Assembly: GCA_043228905.1 (NCBI GenBank)
Contig: JBHGNT010000066.1
Location: 73,366-137,365 of the forward strand
DNA: 64,000 bases
Reading direction: 5' to 3'
Source of the DNA: Azolla caroliniana
Taxonomy: Eukaryota; Plantae; Polypodiophyta
The position numbers and the translations under genes are program-made. Under the pieces are notes generated by a model. That model made no database searches, was not told the DNA's origin, and saw only the letters and a list, made by a program, of their open reading frames with translations. Shown here in pieces: positions 41,931 to 55,420 of this stretch. Within the stretch, counting starts at the first letter, position 1, and each line of letters starts with the position of its first letter.

Positions 41931-44900
41931 GAAATTAACAAACATGAGGGGTGAGTTGAGAGGAGCCCTTGAGTAAATTAAAATGTTCATACCTGGCGAG
42001 TGTGATATCGGATTTTTGTGTTCAAACATGCGAATCGAAGCTAACAACGCTAGCTATGATATAGAATTAACAAATCAAGATTTTGAAACTCAGGTCGAGA
42101 GACATGACGAAACTAGAAAATTTGAGGAGTGAGGTTGGAAGAGCCAGTACGTAAATTAAAATGTTCATACCTGGCTCGTGTGATATCGGATTTTTGTGTT
42201 CAAACATGAGAATCGAAGCTAACAACGCTAGCTATGATATGGAATTAACAAATCAAGATTTTGAAACTCAGGTCGAGAGACATCACGAAATTACCAAATT
42301 TGAGGACTGAGTTGAGAGGAACCCTTGAGTAAATTAAAATGTTCATACCTGGCGAGTGTGATATCGGATTTTTGTGTACAAACATGCGAATCGAAGCTAA
42401 CAACGCTAGCTATGATATGGAATTAACAAATCAAGATTTTGAAACTCAGGTCGAGAGACATGACGAAACTAGCAAATTTGAGGAGTGAGGTTGGAAGAGC
42501 CAGTACGTAAATTAAAATGTTCATACCTGGCGAGTGTGATATCGGATTTTTGTGTTGAAACATGCGAATCGAAGCTAACAACGCTAGCTATGATATGGAA
42601 TTCAAAAATCAAGATTTTGAAACTCAGGTCGAGAGACATGACGAAATTAGCAAACATGAGGATTCAGTTGAGAGGAGCCCTTGACTAAATTAAAATGTTC
42701 ATACCTAGCGAGTGTGATATCGGATTTCTGTGTTCAAACATGCGAATCGAAGCTAACAACGCTAGCTATGATATGGAATTCAAAAATCAAGATTTTGAAA
42801 CTCAGGTCGAGAGAGATGACGAAATTAGCAAACATGAGGAGTGAGTTGAGAGGAGCCCTTGAGTAAATTAAAATGTTCATACCTAGCGAGTGTGATATCG
42901 GATTTTTGTGTACAAACATGCGAGTCGAAGCTAACAACGCTAGCTATGATATGGATTTCAAAAATAAAGATTTTGAAACTCAGATCGAGAGACATGACGA
43001 AATTAGCAAACATGAGGAGTGAGTTGAGAGGAGGCCTTGAGTAAATTAAAATGTTCATACCTAGCGAGTGTGATATCGGATTTTTGTGTACAAACACGCG
43101 AATCGAAGCTAACAACGCTAGCTATGATATGGAATTCAAAAATCAAGATTTTGAAACTCAGGTCGAGAGACATGACGAAATTAGCAAACATGAGGAGGGA
43201 GTTCAGAGGAACCATTGAGTAAATTAAAATGTTCATACCTGGCTCGTGTGATATCGGCTTTTTGTGTTCAAACATGAGAATCGAAGCTAACAACGCTAGC
43301 TATGATATGGTATGAAAAAATCAAGATTTTGAAACTCAGGTCGAGAGACATGACGAAATTAGCAAACATGAGGATTCAGTTGAGAGGAGCCATTGAGTAA
43401 ATTAAAATGTTCATACCTGGCTCGTGTGATATCGGATTTTTGTGTTGAAACATGCGAATCGAAGGTAACAACGCTAGCTATGATATGGAATTAAAAAATC
43501 AAGATTTTGAAACTCAGGTCGAGAGACATGACGAAATTAGCAAACATGAGGAAGGAGTTCAGAGGAACCATTGAGTAAATTAAAATGTTCCTACCTGGCT
43601 CGTGTGATATCGGATTTTTGTGTTCAAACATCAGAATCGAAGCTAACAACGCTAGCTATGATATGGAATTCAAAAATCAAGATTTTGAAACTCAGGTCGA
43701 GAGACATGACGAAATTAGCAAACATGAGGAGTGAGTTGAGAGGAGCCGTTGACTAAATTAAAATGTTCATACCTCGCGAGTGTGATATCGGATTTTTGTG
43801 TACAAACATGCGAATCGAAGCTAACGACGCTAGCTATGATATGGAATTAAAAAATCAAGATTTTGAAACTCAGGTCGAGAGACATGAGAAAATTACCAAA
43901 TTTGAGGAGTGAGTTGAGAGGAGCCGTTGACTAAATTAAAATGTTCATACCTCGCGAGTGTGATATCGGATTTTTGTGTACAAACATGCGAATCGAAGCT
44001 AACGACGCTAGCTATGATATGGAATTAAAAAATCAAGATTTTGAAACTCAGGTCGAGAGACATGAGAAAATTACCAAATTTGAGGAGTGAGTTGAGAGGA
44101 GCCCTTGAGTAAATTAAAATGTTCATACCTGGCGAGTGTGATATCGGATTTTTGTGTACAAATATGCGAATCGAAGCTAACAACGCTAGCTATGATATGG
44201 AATTCAAAAATCAAGATTTTGAAACTGAGGTCGAGAGAGATGACGAAATTAGCAAACATGAGGAGGGAGTTCCGAGGAACCTTTGAGTAAATTAAAATGT
44301 TCATACCTGGCTCATGTGATATCGGATTTTTGTGTTCAAACATGCGAATCGAAGCTAACAACGCTAGCTATGATATGGAATTAACAAATCAAGATTTTGT
44401 AACTCAGGTCGAGAGACATGACGAACTTAGCAAACATGAGGAGTGAGTTGAGAGGAGCCCTTGAGTAAATTAAAATGTTCATACCTAGCGAGTGTGATAT
44501 CGGATTTTTGTGTTCAAACATGCGAATAGAAGCTAACAACGCTAGCTATGATATGGAATTCAAAACTCAAGATTTTGAAACTCAGGTCGAGAGACATGAC
44601 GAAATTAGCAAACATGAGGAGGGAGTTCAGAGGAACCATTGAGTAAATTAAAATGTTCATACCTGGCTCGTGTGATATCGGCTTTTTGTGTTCAAACATG
44701 AGAATCGAAGCTAACAACGCTAGCTATGATATGGTATGAAAAAATCAAGATTTTGAAACTCAGGTCGAGAGACATGACGAAATTAGCAAACATGAGGATT
44801 CAGTTGAGAGGAGCCATTGAGTAAATTAAAATGTTCATACCTGGCTCGTGTGATATCGGATTTTTGTGTTGAAACATGCGAATCGAAGGTAACAACGCTA

Positions 44901-45303
44901 GCTATGATATGGAATTAAAAAATCAAGATTTTGAAACTCAGGTCGAGAGACATGACGAAATTAGCAAACATGAGGAAGGAGTTCAGAGGAACCATTGAGT
45001 AAATTAAAATGTTCCTACCTGGCTCGTGTGATATCGGATTTTTGTGTTCAAACATCAGAATCGAAGCTAACAACGCTAGCTATGATATGGAATTCAAAAA
45101 TCAAGATTTTGAAACTCAGGTCGAGAGACATGACGAAATTAGCAAACATGAGGAGTGAGTTGAGAGGAGCCGTTGACTAAATTAAAATGTTCATACCTCG
45201 CGAGTGTGATATCGGATTTTTGTGTACAAACATGCGAATCGAAGCTAACGACGCTAGCTATGATATGGAATTAAAAAATCAAGATTTTGAAACTCAGGTC
45301 GAG
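41931..45303 (+). repeat. Block duplicated at 60806-64000 (offset 18,875, then 18,697)
   Basis: ORF offsets 42485/61360, 43037/61912, 43571/62446 = 18,875; 44105/62802 and 44995/63692 = 18,697. Confidence 0.92.
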
Positions 45304-45867
45304 AGACATGAGAAAATTACCAAATTTGAGGAGTGAGTTGAGAGGAGCCCTTGAGTAAATTAAAATGTTCATACCTGGCGAGTGTGATATCGGATTTTTG
45401 TGTACAAATATGCGAATCGAAGCTAACAACGCTAGCTATGATATGGAATTCAAAAATCAAGATTTTGAAACTCAGGTCGAGAGAGATGACGAAATTAGCA
45501 AACATGAGGAGGGAGTTCCGAGGAACCTTTGAGTAAATTAAAATGTTCATACCTGGCTCATGTGATATCGGATTTTTGTGTTCAAACATGCGAATCGAAG
45601 CTAACAACGCTAGCTATGATATGGAATTAACAAATCAAGATTTTGTAACTCAGGTCGAGAGACATGACGAACTTAGCAAACATGAGGAGTGAGTTGAGAG
45701 GAGCCCTTGAGTAAATTAAAATGTTCATACCTAGCGAGTGTGATATCGGATTTTTGTGTTCAAACATGCGAATAGAAGCTAACAACGCTAGCTATGATAT
45801 GGAATTCAAAACTCAAGATTTTGAAACTCAGGTCGAGAGACATGACGAAATTAGCAAACATGAGGAG
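43143..45867 (+). repeat. 7-mer HOR (1,246 bp), two copies, the first expanded to 8 monomers
   Basis: Markers ggtatgaaaa, ttcctacc, acatcagaatc, gccgttgac, ttccgagg, gaatagaag. Offsets 43571/44995 = 1424 and 44105/45351 = 1246. Confidence 0.9.
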
Positions 45868-46499
45868 TGAGTTGAGAGGAGCCCTTGAGTAAATTAAAAG
45901 GTTCATACCTGGCTAGTGTGATATCGGATTTTTGTGTTCAAACATGCGATTCGAAGCTAGCAACGCTAGCTATGATATGGAATTACAAAATCAAGATTTT
46001 GAAACTCAGGTCGAGAGACATGACGAAATTACCAAATTTGAGGAGTGAGTTGAGAGGAGCCCTTGACTAAATTAAAATATTCATACCTGGCTCGTGTGAT
46101 ATCGGATTTTTGTGTACAAATATTGCGAATCGAAGCTAACAACGTTAGCTATGATATGGAATTAAAAAATCAAGATTTTGAAACTCAGGTCGAGAGACAT
46201 GACGAAACTAGCAAATTTGAGGAGTGAGGTTGGAAGAGCCAGTACGTAAATTAAAATGTTCATACCTGGCGAGTGTGATATCGGATTTTTGTGTTGAAAC
46301 ATGCGAATCGAAGCTAACAACGCTAGCTATGATATGGAATTCAAAAATTAAGATTTTGAAACTCAGGTCGAGAGAGATCACGAAATTAGCAAACATGAGG
46401 AGGGAGTTCAGAGGAACCTTTGAGTAAATTAAAATGTTCATACCTGGCTCGTGTGATATCGGATTTTTGTGTACAAACATGCGATTCGAAGCTAGCAAC

Positions 46500-49400
46500 G
46501 CTAGCTATGATATGGAATTAAAAAATCAAGATTTTGAAACTCAGGTCGAGAGACATCACGAAATTACCAAATTTGAGGACTGAGTTGAGAGGAACCCTTG
46601 ACTAAATTAAAATGTTCATACCTGGCGAGTGTGATATCGGATTTTTGTGTACAAACATGCGAATCGAAGCTAACAACGCTAGCTATGATATGGAATTAAC
46701 AAATCAAGATTTTGAAACTCAGGTCGAGAGACATGACGAAACTAGCAAATTTGAGGAGTGAGGTTGGAAGAGCCAGTACGTAAATTAAAATGTTCATACC
46801 TGGCGAGTGTGATATCGGATTTTTGTGTTGAAACATGCGAATCGAAGCTAACAACGCTAGCTATGATATGGAATTCAAAAATCAAGGTTTTGAAACTCAG
46901 GTCGAGAGAGATGACGAAATTAGCAAACATGAGGAGGGAGTTCAGAGGAACCTTTGAGTAAATGAAAATGTTCATACCTGGCTCGTGTGATATCGGATTT
47001 TTGTGTTCAAACATGAGAATCGAAGCTAACAACGCTAGCTATGATATGGAATTAACAAATCAAGATTTTGAAACTCAGGTCGAGAGACATGACGAACTTA
47101 GCAAACATGAGGAGTGAGTTGAGAGGAGCCCTTGAGTAAATTAAAATGTTCAAACCTAGCGAGTGTGATATCGGATTTCTGTGTTCAAACATGCGAATCG
47201 AAGCTAACAACGCTAGCTATGATATGGAATTCAAAAATCAAGATTTTGAAACTCAGGTCGAGAGACATGACGAAATTACCAAATTTGAGGAGTGAGTTGA
47301 GAGGAGCCCTTGAGTAAATTAAAATGTTCATACCTGGCGAGTGTGATATCGGATTTTTGTGTACAAACATGCGAATCGAAGCTAACAACGCTAGCTATGA
47401 TATGAAATTAACAAATCAAGATTTTGAAACTCAGGTCGAGAGACATGACGAAATTAGCAAACATGAGGAGTGAGTTGAGAGGAGCCCTTGAGTAAATTAA
47501 AATGTTCATACCTAGCGAGTGTGATATCGGATTTCTGTGTTCAAACATGCGAATCAAAGCTAACAACGCTAGCTATGATATGGAATTCAAAAATCAAGAT
47601 TTTGAAACTCAGGTCGAGAGAGATCACGAAATTAGCAAACATGAGGAGGGAGTTCAGAGGAACCTTTGAGTAAATTAAAATGTTCATACCTGGCTCGTGT
47701 GATATCGGATTTTTGTGTACAAACATGCGATTCGAAGCTAGCAACGCTAGCTATGATATGGAATTAAAAAATCAAGATTTTGAAACTCAGGTCGAGAGAC
47801 ATCACGAAATTACCAAATTTGAGGACTGAGTTGAGAGGAACCCTTGAGTAAATTAAAATGTTCATACCTGGCGAGTGTGAAATCGGATTTTTGTGTACAA
47901 ACATGCGAATCGAAGCTAACAACGCTAGCTATGATATGGAATTAACAAATCAAGATTTTGAAACTCAGGTCGAGAGACATGACGAAACTAGCAAATTTGA
48001 GGAGTGAGGTTGGAAGAGCCAGTACGTAAATTAAAATGTTCATACCTGGCGAGTGTGATATCGGATTTTTGTGTTGAAACATGCGAATCGAAGCTAACAA
48101 CGCTAGCTATGATATGGAATTCAAAAATCAAGATTTTAAAACTGAGGTCGAGAGACATGACGAAATTAGCAAACATGAGGAGGGAGTTCAGAGGAACCTT
48201 TGAGTAAATGAAAATGTTCATACCTGGCTCGTGTGATATCGGATTTTTGTGTTCAAACATGAGAATCGAAGCTAACAACGCTAGCTGTGATATGGAATTA
48301 ACAAATCAAGATTTTGAAACTCAGGTCGAGAGACATGACGAACTTAGCAAACATGAGGAGTGAGTTGAGAGGAGCCCTTGAGTAAATTAAAATGTTCATA
48401 CCTAGCGAGTGTGATATCGGATTTCTGTGTTCAAACATGCGAATCGAAGCTAACAACGCTAGCTATGATATGGAATTAAAAAATCAAGATTTTGAAACTC
48501 AGGTCGAGAGACATCACGAAATTACCAAATTTGAGGACTAGGTTGAGAGGAACCCTTGAGTAAATTAAAATGTTCATACCTGGCGAGTGTGATATCGGAT
48601 TTTTGTGTACAAACATGCGAATCGAAGCTAACAACGCTAGCTATGATATGGAATTAACAAATCAAGATTTTGAAACTCAGGTCGAGAGACATGACGAAAC
48701 TAGCAAATTTGAGGAGTGAGGTTGGAAGAGCCAGTACGTAAATTAAAATGTTCATACCTGGCGAGTGTGATATCGGATTTTTGTGTTGAAACATGCGAAT
48801 CGAAGCTAACAACGCTAGCTATGATATGGAATTCAAAAATCAAGGTTTTGAAACTCAGGTCGAGAGAGATGACGAAATTAGCAAACATGAGGAGGGAGTT
48901 CAGAGGAACCTTTGAGTAAATGAAAATGTTCATACCTGGCTCGTGTGATATCGGATTTTTGTGTTCAAACATGAGAATCGAAGCTAACAACGCTAGCTAT
49001 GATATGGAATTAACAAATCAAGATTTTGAAACTCAGGTCGAGAGACATGACGAACTTAGCAAACATGAGGAGTGAGTTGAGAGGAGCCCTTGAGTAAATT
49101 AAAATGTTCAAACCTAGCGAGTGTGATATCGGATTTCTGTGTTCAAACATGCGAATCGAAGCTAACAACGCTAGCTATGATATGGAATTCAAAAATCAAG
49201 ATTTTGAAACTCAGGTCGAGAGACATGACGAAATTACCAAATTTGAGGAGTGAGTTGAGAGGAGCCCTTGAGTAAATTAAAATGTTCATACCTGGCGAGT
49301 GTGATATCGGATTTTTGTGTACAAACATGCGAATCGAAGCTAACAACGCTAGCTATGATATGAAATTAACAAATCAAGATTTTGAAACTCAGGTCGAGAG

Positions 49401-51681
49401 ACATGACGAAATTAGCAAACATGAGGAGTGAGTTGAGAGGAGCCCTTGAGTAAATTAAAATGTTCATACCTAGCGAGTGTGATATCGGATTTCTGTGTTC
49501 AAACATGCGAATCAAAGCTAACAACGCTAGCTATGATATGGAATTCAAAAATCAAGATTTTGAAACTCAGGTCGAGAGAGATCACGAAATTAGCAAACAT
49601 GAGGAGGGAGTTCAGAGGAACCTTTGAGTAAATTAAAATGTTCATACCTGGCTCGTGTGATATCGGATTTTTGTGTACAAACATGCGATTCGAAGCTAGC
49701 AACGCTAGCTATGATATGGAATTAAAAAATCAAGATTTTGAAACTCAGGTCGAGAGACATCACGAAATTACCAAATTTGAGGACTGAGTTGAGAGGAACC
49801 CTTGAGTAAATTAAAATGTTCATACCTGGCGAGTGTGAAATCGGATTTTTGTGTACAAACATGCGAATCGAAGCTAACAACGCTAGCTATGATATGGAAT
49901 TAACAAATCAAGATTTTGAAACTCAGGTCGAGAGACATGACGAAACTAGCAAATTTGAGGAGTGAGGTTGGAAGAGCCAGTACGTAAATTAAAATGTTCA
50001 TACCTGGCGAGTGTGATATCGGATTTTTGTGTTGAAACATGCGAATCGAAGCTAACAACGCTAGCTATGATATGGAATTCAAAAATCAAGGTTTTGAAAC
50101 TCAGGTCGAGAGAGATGACGAAATTAGCAAACATGAGGAGGGAGTTCAGAGGAACCTTTGAGTAAATGAAAATGTTCATACCTGGCTCGTGTGATATCGG
50201 ATTTTTGTGTTCAAACATGAGAATCGAAGCTAACAACGCTAGCTATGATATGGAATTAACAAATCAAGATTTTGAAACTCAGGTCGAGAGACATGACGAA
50301 CTTAGCAAACATGAGGAGTGAGTTGAGAGGAGCCCTTGAGTAAATTAAAATGTTCAAACCTAGCGAGTGTGATATCGGATTTCTGTGTTCAAACATGCGA
50401 ATCGAAGCTAACAACGCTAGCTATGATATGGAATTCAAAAATCAAGATTTTGAAACTCAGGTCGAGAGACATGACGAAATTACCAAATTTGAGGAGTGAG
50501 TTGAGAGGAGCCCTTGAGTAAATTAAAATGTTCATACCTGGCGAGTGTGATATCGGATTTTTGTGTACAAACATGCGAATCGAAGCTAACAACGCTAGCT
50601 ATGATATGAAATTAACAAATCAAGATTTTGAAACTCAGGTCGAGAGACATGACGAAATTAGCAAACATGAGGAGTGAGTTGAGAGGAGCCCTTGAGTAAA
50701 TTAAAATGTTCATACCTAGCGAGTGTGATATCGGATTTCTGTGTTCAAACATGCGAATCAAAGCTAACAACGCTAGCTATGATATGGAATTCAAAAATCA
50801 AGATTTTGAAACTCAGGTCGAGAGAGATCACGAAATTAGCAAACATGAGGAGGGAGTTCAGAGGAACCTTTGAGTAAATTAAAATGTTCATACCTGGCTC
50901 GTGTGATATCGGATTTTTGTGTACAAACATGCGATTCGAAGCTAGCAACGCTAGCTATGATATGGAATTAAAAAATCAAGATTTTGAAACTCAGGTCGAG
51001 AGACATCACGAAATTACCAAATTTGAGGACTGAGTTGAGAGGAACCCTTGAGTAAATTAAAATGTTCATACCTGGCGAGTGTGAAATCGGATTTTTGTGT
51101 ACAAACATGCGAATCGAAGCTAACAACGCTAGCTATGATATGGAATTAACAAATCAAGATTTTGAAACTCAGGTCGAGAGACATGACGAAACTAGCAAAT
51201 TTGAGGAGTGAGGTTGGAAGAGCCAGTACGTAAATTAAAATGTTCATACCTGGCGAGTGTGATATCGGATTTTTGTGTTGAAACATGCGAATCGAAGCTA
51301 ACAACGCTAGCTATGATATGGAATTCAAAAATCAAGATTTTAAAACTGAGGTCGAGAGACATGACGAAATTAGCAAACATGAGGAGGGAGTTCAGAGGAA
51401 CCTTTGAGTAAATGAAAATGTTCATACCTGGCTCGTGTGATATCGGATTTTTGTGTTCAAACATGAGAATCGAAGCTAACAACGCTAGCTGTGATATGGA
51501 ATTAACAAATCAAGATTTTGAAACTCAGGTCGAGAGACATGACGAACTTAGCAAACATGAGGAGTGAGTTGAGAGGAGCCCTTGAGTAAATTAAAATGTT
51601 CATACCTAGCGAGTGTGATATCGGATTTCTGTGTTCAAACATGCGAATCGAAGCTAACAACGCTAGCTATGATATGGAATT
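46500..51681 (+). repeat. Nested 7-mer/11-mer HOR
   Basis: gccagtacg monomers at ORF starts 46758, 48004, 48716, 49962, 51208 (spacings 1246, 712, 1246, 1246). The ttcaaacctagc marker repeats at offsets 1958 and 1246. Confidence 0.9.
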
Positions 51682-51764
51682 CAAAAATCAAGATTTTGAA
51701 ACTCAGGTCGAGAGACATGACGAAATTACCAAATTTGAGGAGTGAGTTGAGAGGAGCCCTTGAG

Positions 51765-54700
51765 TAAATTAAAATGTTCATACCTGGCGAGTGTGATATC
51801 GGATTTTTGTGTACAAACATGCGAATCGAAGCTAACAACGCTAGCTATGATATGAAATTAACAAATCAAGATTTTGAAACTCAGGTCGAGAGACATGACG
51901 AAATTAGCAAACATGAGGATTCAATTGAGAGGAGCCCTTGCCTAAATTAAAATGTTCATACCTAGCGAGTGTGATATCGGATTTTTGTGTACAAACATGC
52001 GATTCGAAGCTAGCAACGCTAGCTATGATATGGAATTAAAAAATCAAGATTTTGAAACTCAGGTCGAGAGACATCACGAAATTACCAAATTTGAGGAGTG
52101 AGTTGAGAGGAGCCCTTGACTAAATTAAAATGTTCATACCTCGCGAGTGTGATATCGGATTTTTGTGTACAAATATTGTGAATCGAAGCTAACAACGATA
52201 GCTATGATATGGAATTCAAAAATCAAGATTTTGAAACTCAGGTCGAGAGACATGACGAAATTACCAAATTTGAGGAGTGAGTTGAGAGGAGCCCTTGACT
52301 AAATTAAAATGTTCATACCTGGTGAGTGTGATATCGGATTTCTGTGTACAAACATGCGAATCGAAGCTAACAACGCTAGCTATGATATGGAATTAACAAA
52401 TCAAGATTTTGAAACTCAGGTCGAGAGACATGACGAACTTAGCAAACATGAGGAGTGAGTTGAGAGGAGCCCTTGAGTAAATTAAAATGTTCATACCTAG
52501 CGAGTGTGATATCGGATTTCTGTGTTCAAACATGCGAATCGAAGCTAACAACGCTAGCTATGATATGGAATTCAAAAATCAAGATTTTGAAACTCAGGTC
52601 GAGAGAGATGACGAAATTAGCAAACATGAGGAGTGAGTTGAGAGGAGCCCTTGTGTAAATTAAAATGTTCATACCTAGCGAGTGTGATATCGGATTTTTG
52701 TGTACAAACATGCGAGTCGAAGCTAACAACGCTAGCTATGATATGGATTTCAAAAATAAAGATTTTGAAACTCAGATCGAGAGACATGACGAAATTAGCA
52801 AACATGAGGAGTGAGTTGAGAGGAGGCCTTGAGTAAATTAAAATGTTCATACCTAGCGAGTGTGATATCGGATTTTTGTGTACAAACATGCGAATCGAAG
52901 CTAACAACGCTAGCTATGATATGGAATTCAAAAATCAAGATTTTGAAACTCAGGTCGAGAGACATGACGAAATTAGCAAACATGAGGAGGGAGTTCAGAG
53001 GAACCATTGAGTAAATTAAAATGTTCATACCTGGCTCGTGTGATATCGGCTTTTTGTGTTCAAACATGAGAATCGAAGCTAACAACGCTAGCTATGATAT
53101 GGAATTAACAAATCAAGATTTTGTAAGTCAGGTCGAGAGACATGACGAAATTAGCAAACATGAGGATTCAGTTGAGAGGAGCCATTGAGTAAATTAAAAT
53201 GTTCATACCTGGCTCGTGTGATATCGGATTTTTGTGTTGAAACATGCGAATCGAAGGTAACAACGCTAGCTATGATATGGAATTAAAAAATCAAGATTTT
53301 GAAACTCAGGTCGAGAGACATGACGAAATTAGCAAACATGAGGAAGGAGTTCAGAGGAACCATTGAGTAAATTAAAATGTTCCTACCTGGCTCGTGTGAT
53401 ATCGGATTTTTGTGTTCAAACATCAGAATCGAAGCTAACAACGCTAGCTATGATATGGAATTCAAAAATCAAGATTTTGAAACTCAGGTCGAGAGACATG
53501 ACGAAATTAGCAAACATGAGGAGTGACTTGAGAGGAGCCGTTGACTAAATTAAAATGTTCATACCTCGCGAGTGTGATATCGGATTTTTGTGTACAAACA
53601 TGCGAATCGAAGCTAACGACGCTAGCTATGATATGGAATTAAAAAATCAAGATTTTGAAACTCAGGTCGAGAGACATGAGAAAATTACCAAATTTGAGGA
53701 GTGAGTTGAGAGGAGCCCTTGAGTAAATTAAAATGTTCATACCTGGCGAGTGTGATATCGGATTTTTGTGTACAAACATGCGAATTGAAGCTAACAACGC
53801 TAGCTATGATATGAAATTAACAAATCAAGATTTTGAAACTCAGGTCGAGAGACATGACGAAATTAGCAAACATGAGGAGGATTCAGTTGAGAGGAGCCCT
53901 TGAGTAAATTAAAATGTTCATACCTGGCGAGTGTGATATCGTATTTTTGTGTACAAGCATGCGAGTCGAAGCTAACAACGCTAGCTATGATATGGAATTC
54001 AAAAATCAAGATTTTGAAACTCAGGTCGAGAGACATGACGAAATTAGCAAACATGAGGAGTGAGTTGAGAGGAGCCCTTGACTAAATTAAAATGTTCATA
54101 CCTGGCGAGTGTGATATCGGATTTTTGTGTACAAACATGCGAATCGAAGCTAACAACGCTAGCTATGATATGAAATTAACAAATCAAGATTTTGAAACTC
54201 AGGTCGAGAGACATGACGAAATTAGCAAACATGAGGATTCAATTGAGAGGAGCCCTTGCCTAAATTAAAATGTTCATACCTAGCGAGTGTGATATCGGAT
54301 TTTTGTGTACAAACATGCGATTCGAAGCTAGCAACGCTAGCTATGATATGGAATTAAAAAATCAAGATTTTGAAACTCAGGTCGAGAGACATCACGAAAT
54401 TACCAAATTTGAGGAGTGAGTTGAGAGGAGCCCTTGACTAAATTAAAATGTTCATACCTCGCGAGTGTGATATCGGATTTTTGTGTACAAATATTGTGAA
54501 TCGAAGCTAACAACGATAGCTATGATATGGAATTCAAAAATCAAGATTTTGAAACTCAGGTCGAGAGACATGACGAAATTACCAAATTTGAGGAGTGAGT
54601 TGAGAGGAGCCCTTGACTAAATTAAAATGTTCATACCTGGTGAGTGTGATATCGGATTTCTGTGTACAAACATGCGAATCGAAGCTAACAACGCTAGCTA

Positions 54701-55420
54701 TGATATGGAATTAACAAATCAAGATTTTGAAACTCAGGTCGAGAGACATGACGAACTTAGCAAACATGAGGAGTGAGTTGAGAGGAGCCCTTGAGTAAAT
54801 TAAAATGTTCATACCTAGCGAGTGTGATATCGGATTTCTGTGTTCAAACATGCGAATCGAAGCTAACAACGCTAGCTATGATATGGAATTCAAAAATCAA
54901 GATTTTGAAACTCAGGTCGAGAGAGATGACGAAATTAGCAAACATGAGGAGTGAGTTGAGAGGAGCCCTTGAGTAAATTAAAATGTTCATACCTAGCGAG
55001 TGTGATATCGGATTTTTGTGTACAAACATGCGAGTCGAAGCTAACAACGCTAGCTATGATATGGATTTCAAAAATAAAGATTTTGAAACTCAGATCGAGA
55101 GACATGACGAAATTAGCAAACATGAGGAGTGAGTTGAGAGGAGGCCTTGAGTAAATTAAAATGTTCATACCTAGCGAGTGTGATATCGGATTTCTGTGTA
55201 CAAACATGCGAATCGAAGCTAACAACGCTAGCTATGATATGGAATTCAAAAATCAAGATTTTGAAACTCAGGTCGAGAGACATGACGAAATTAGCAAACA
55301 TGAGGAGGGAGTTCAGAGGAACCATTGAGTAAATTAAAATGTTCATACCTGGCTCGTGTGATATCGGCTTTTTGTGTTCAAACATGAGAATCGAAGCTAA
55401 CAACGCTAGCTATGATATGG
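51765..55420 (+). repeat. 13-mer-period duplication (51765-53102 repeated at 54083-55420, offset 2,318)
   Basis: Marker gattcaattg...cttgcctaa near 51920 and 54238. ORF offsets 52473/54791, 52651/54969, 52829/55147. 2318 = 13x178+1+3. Confidence 0.88.
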
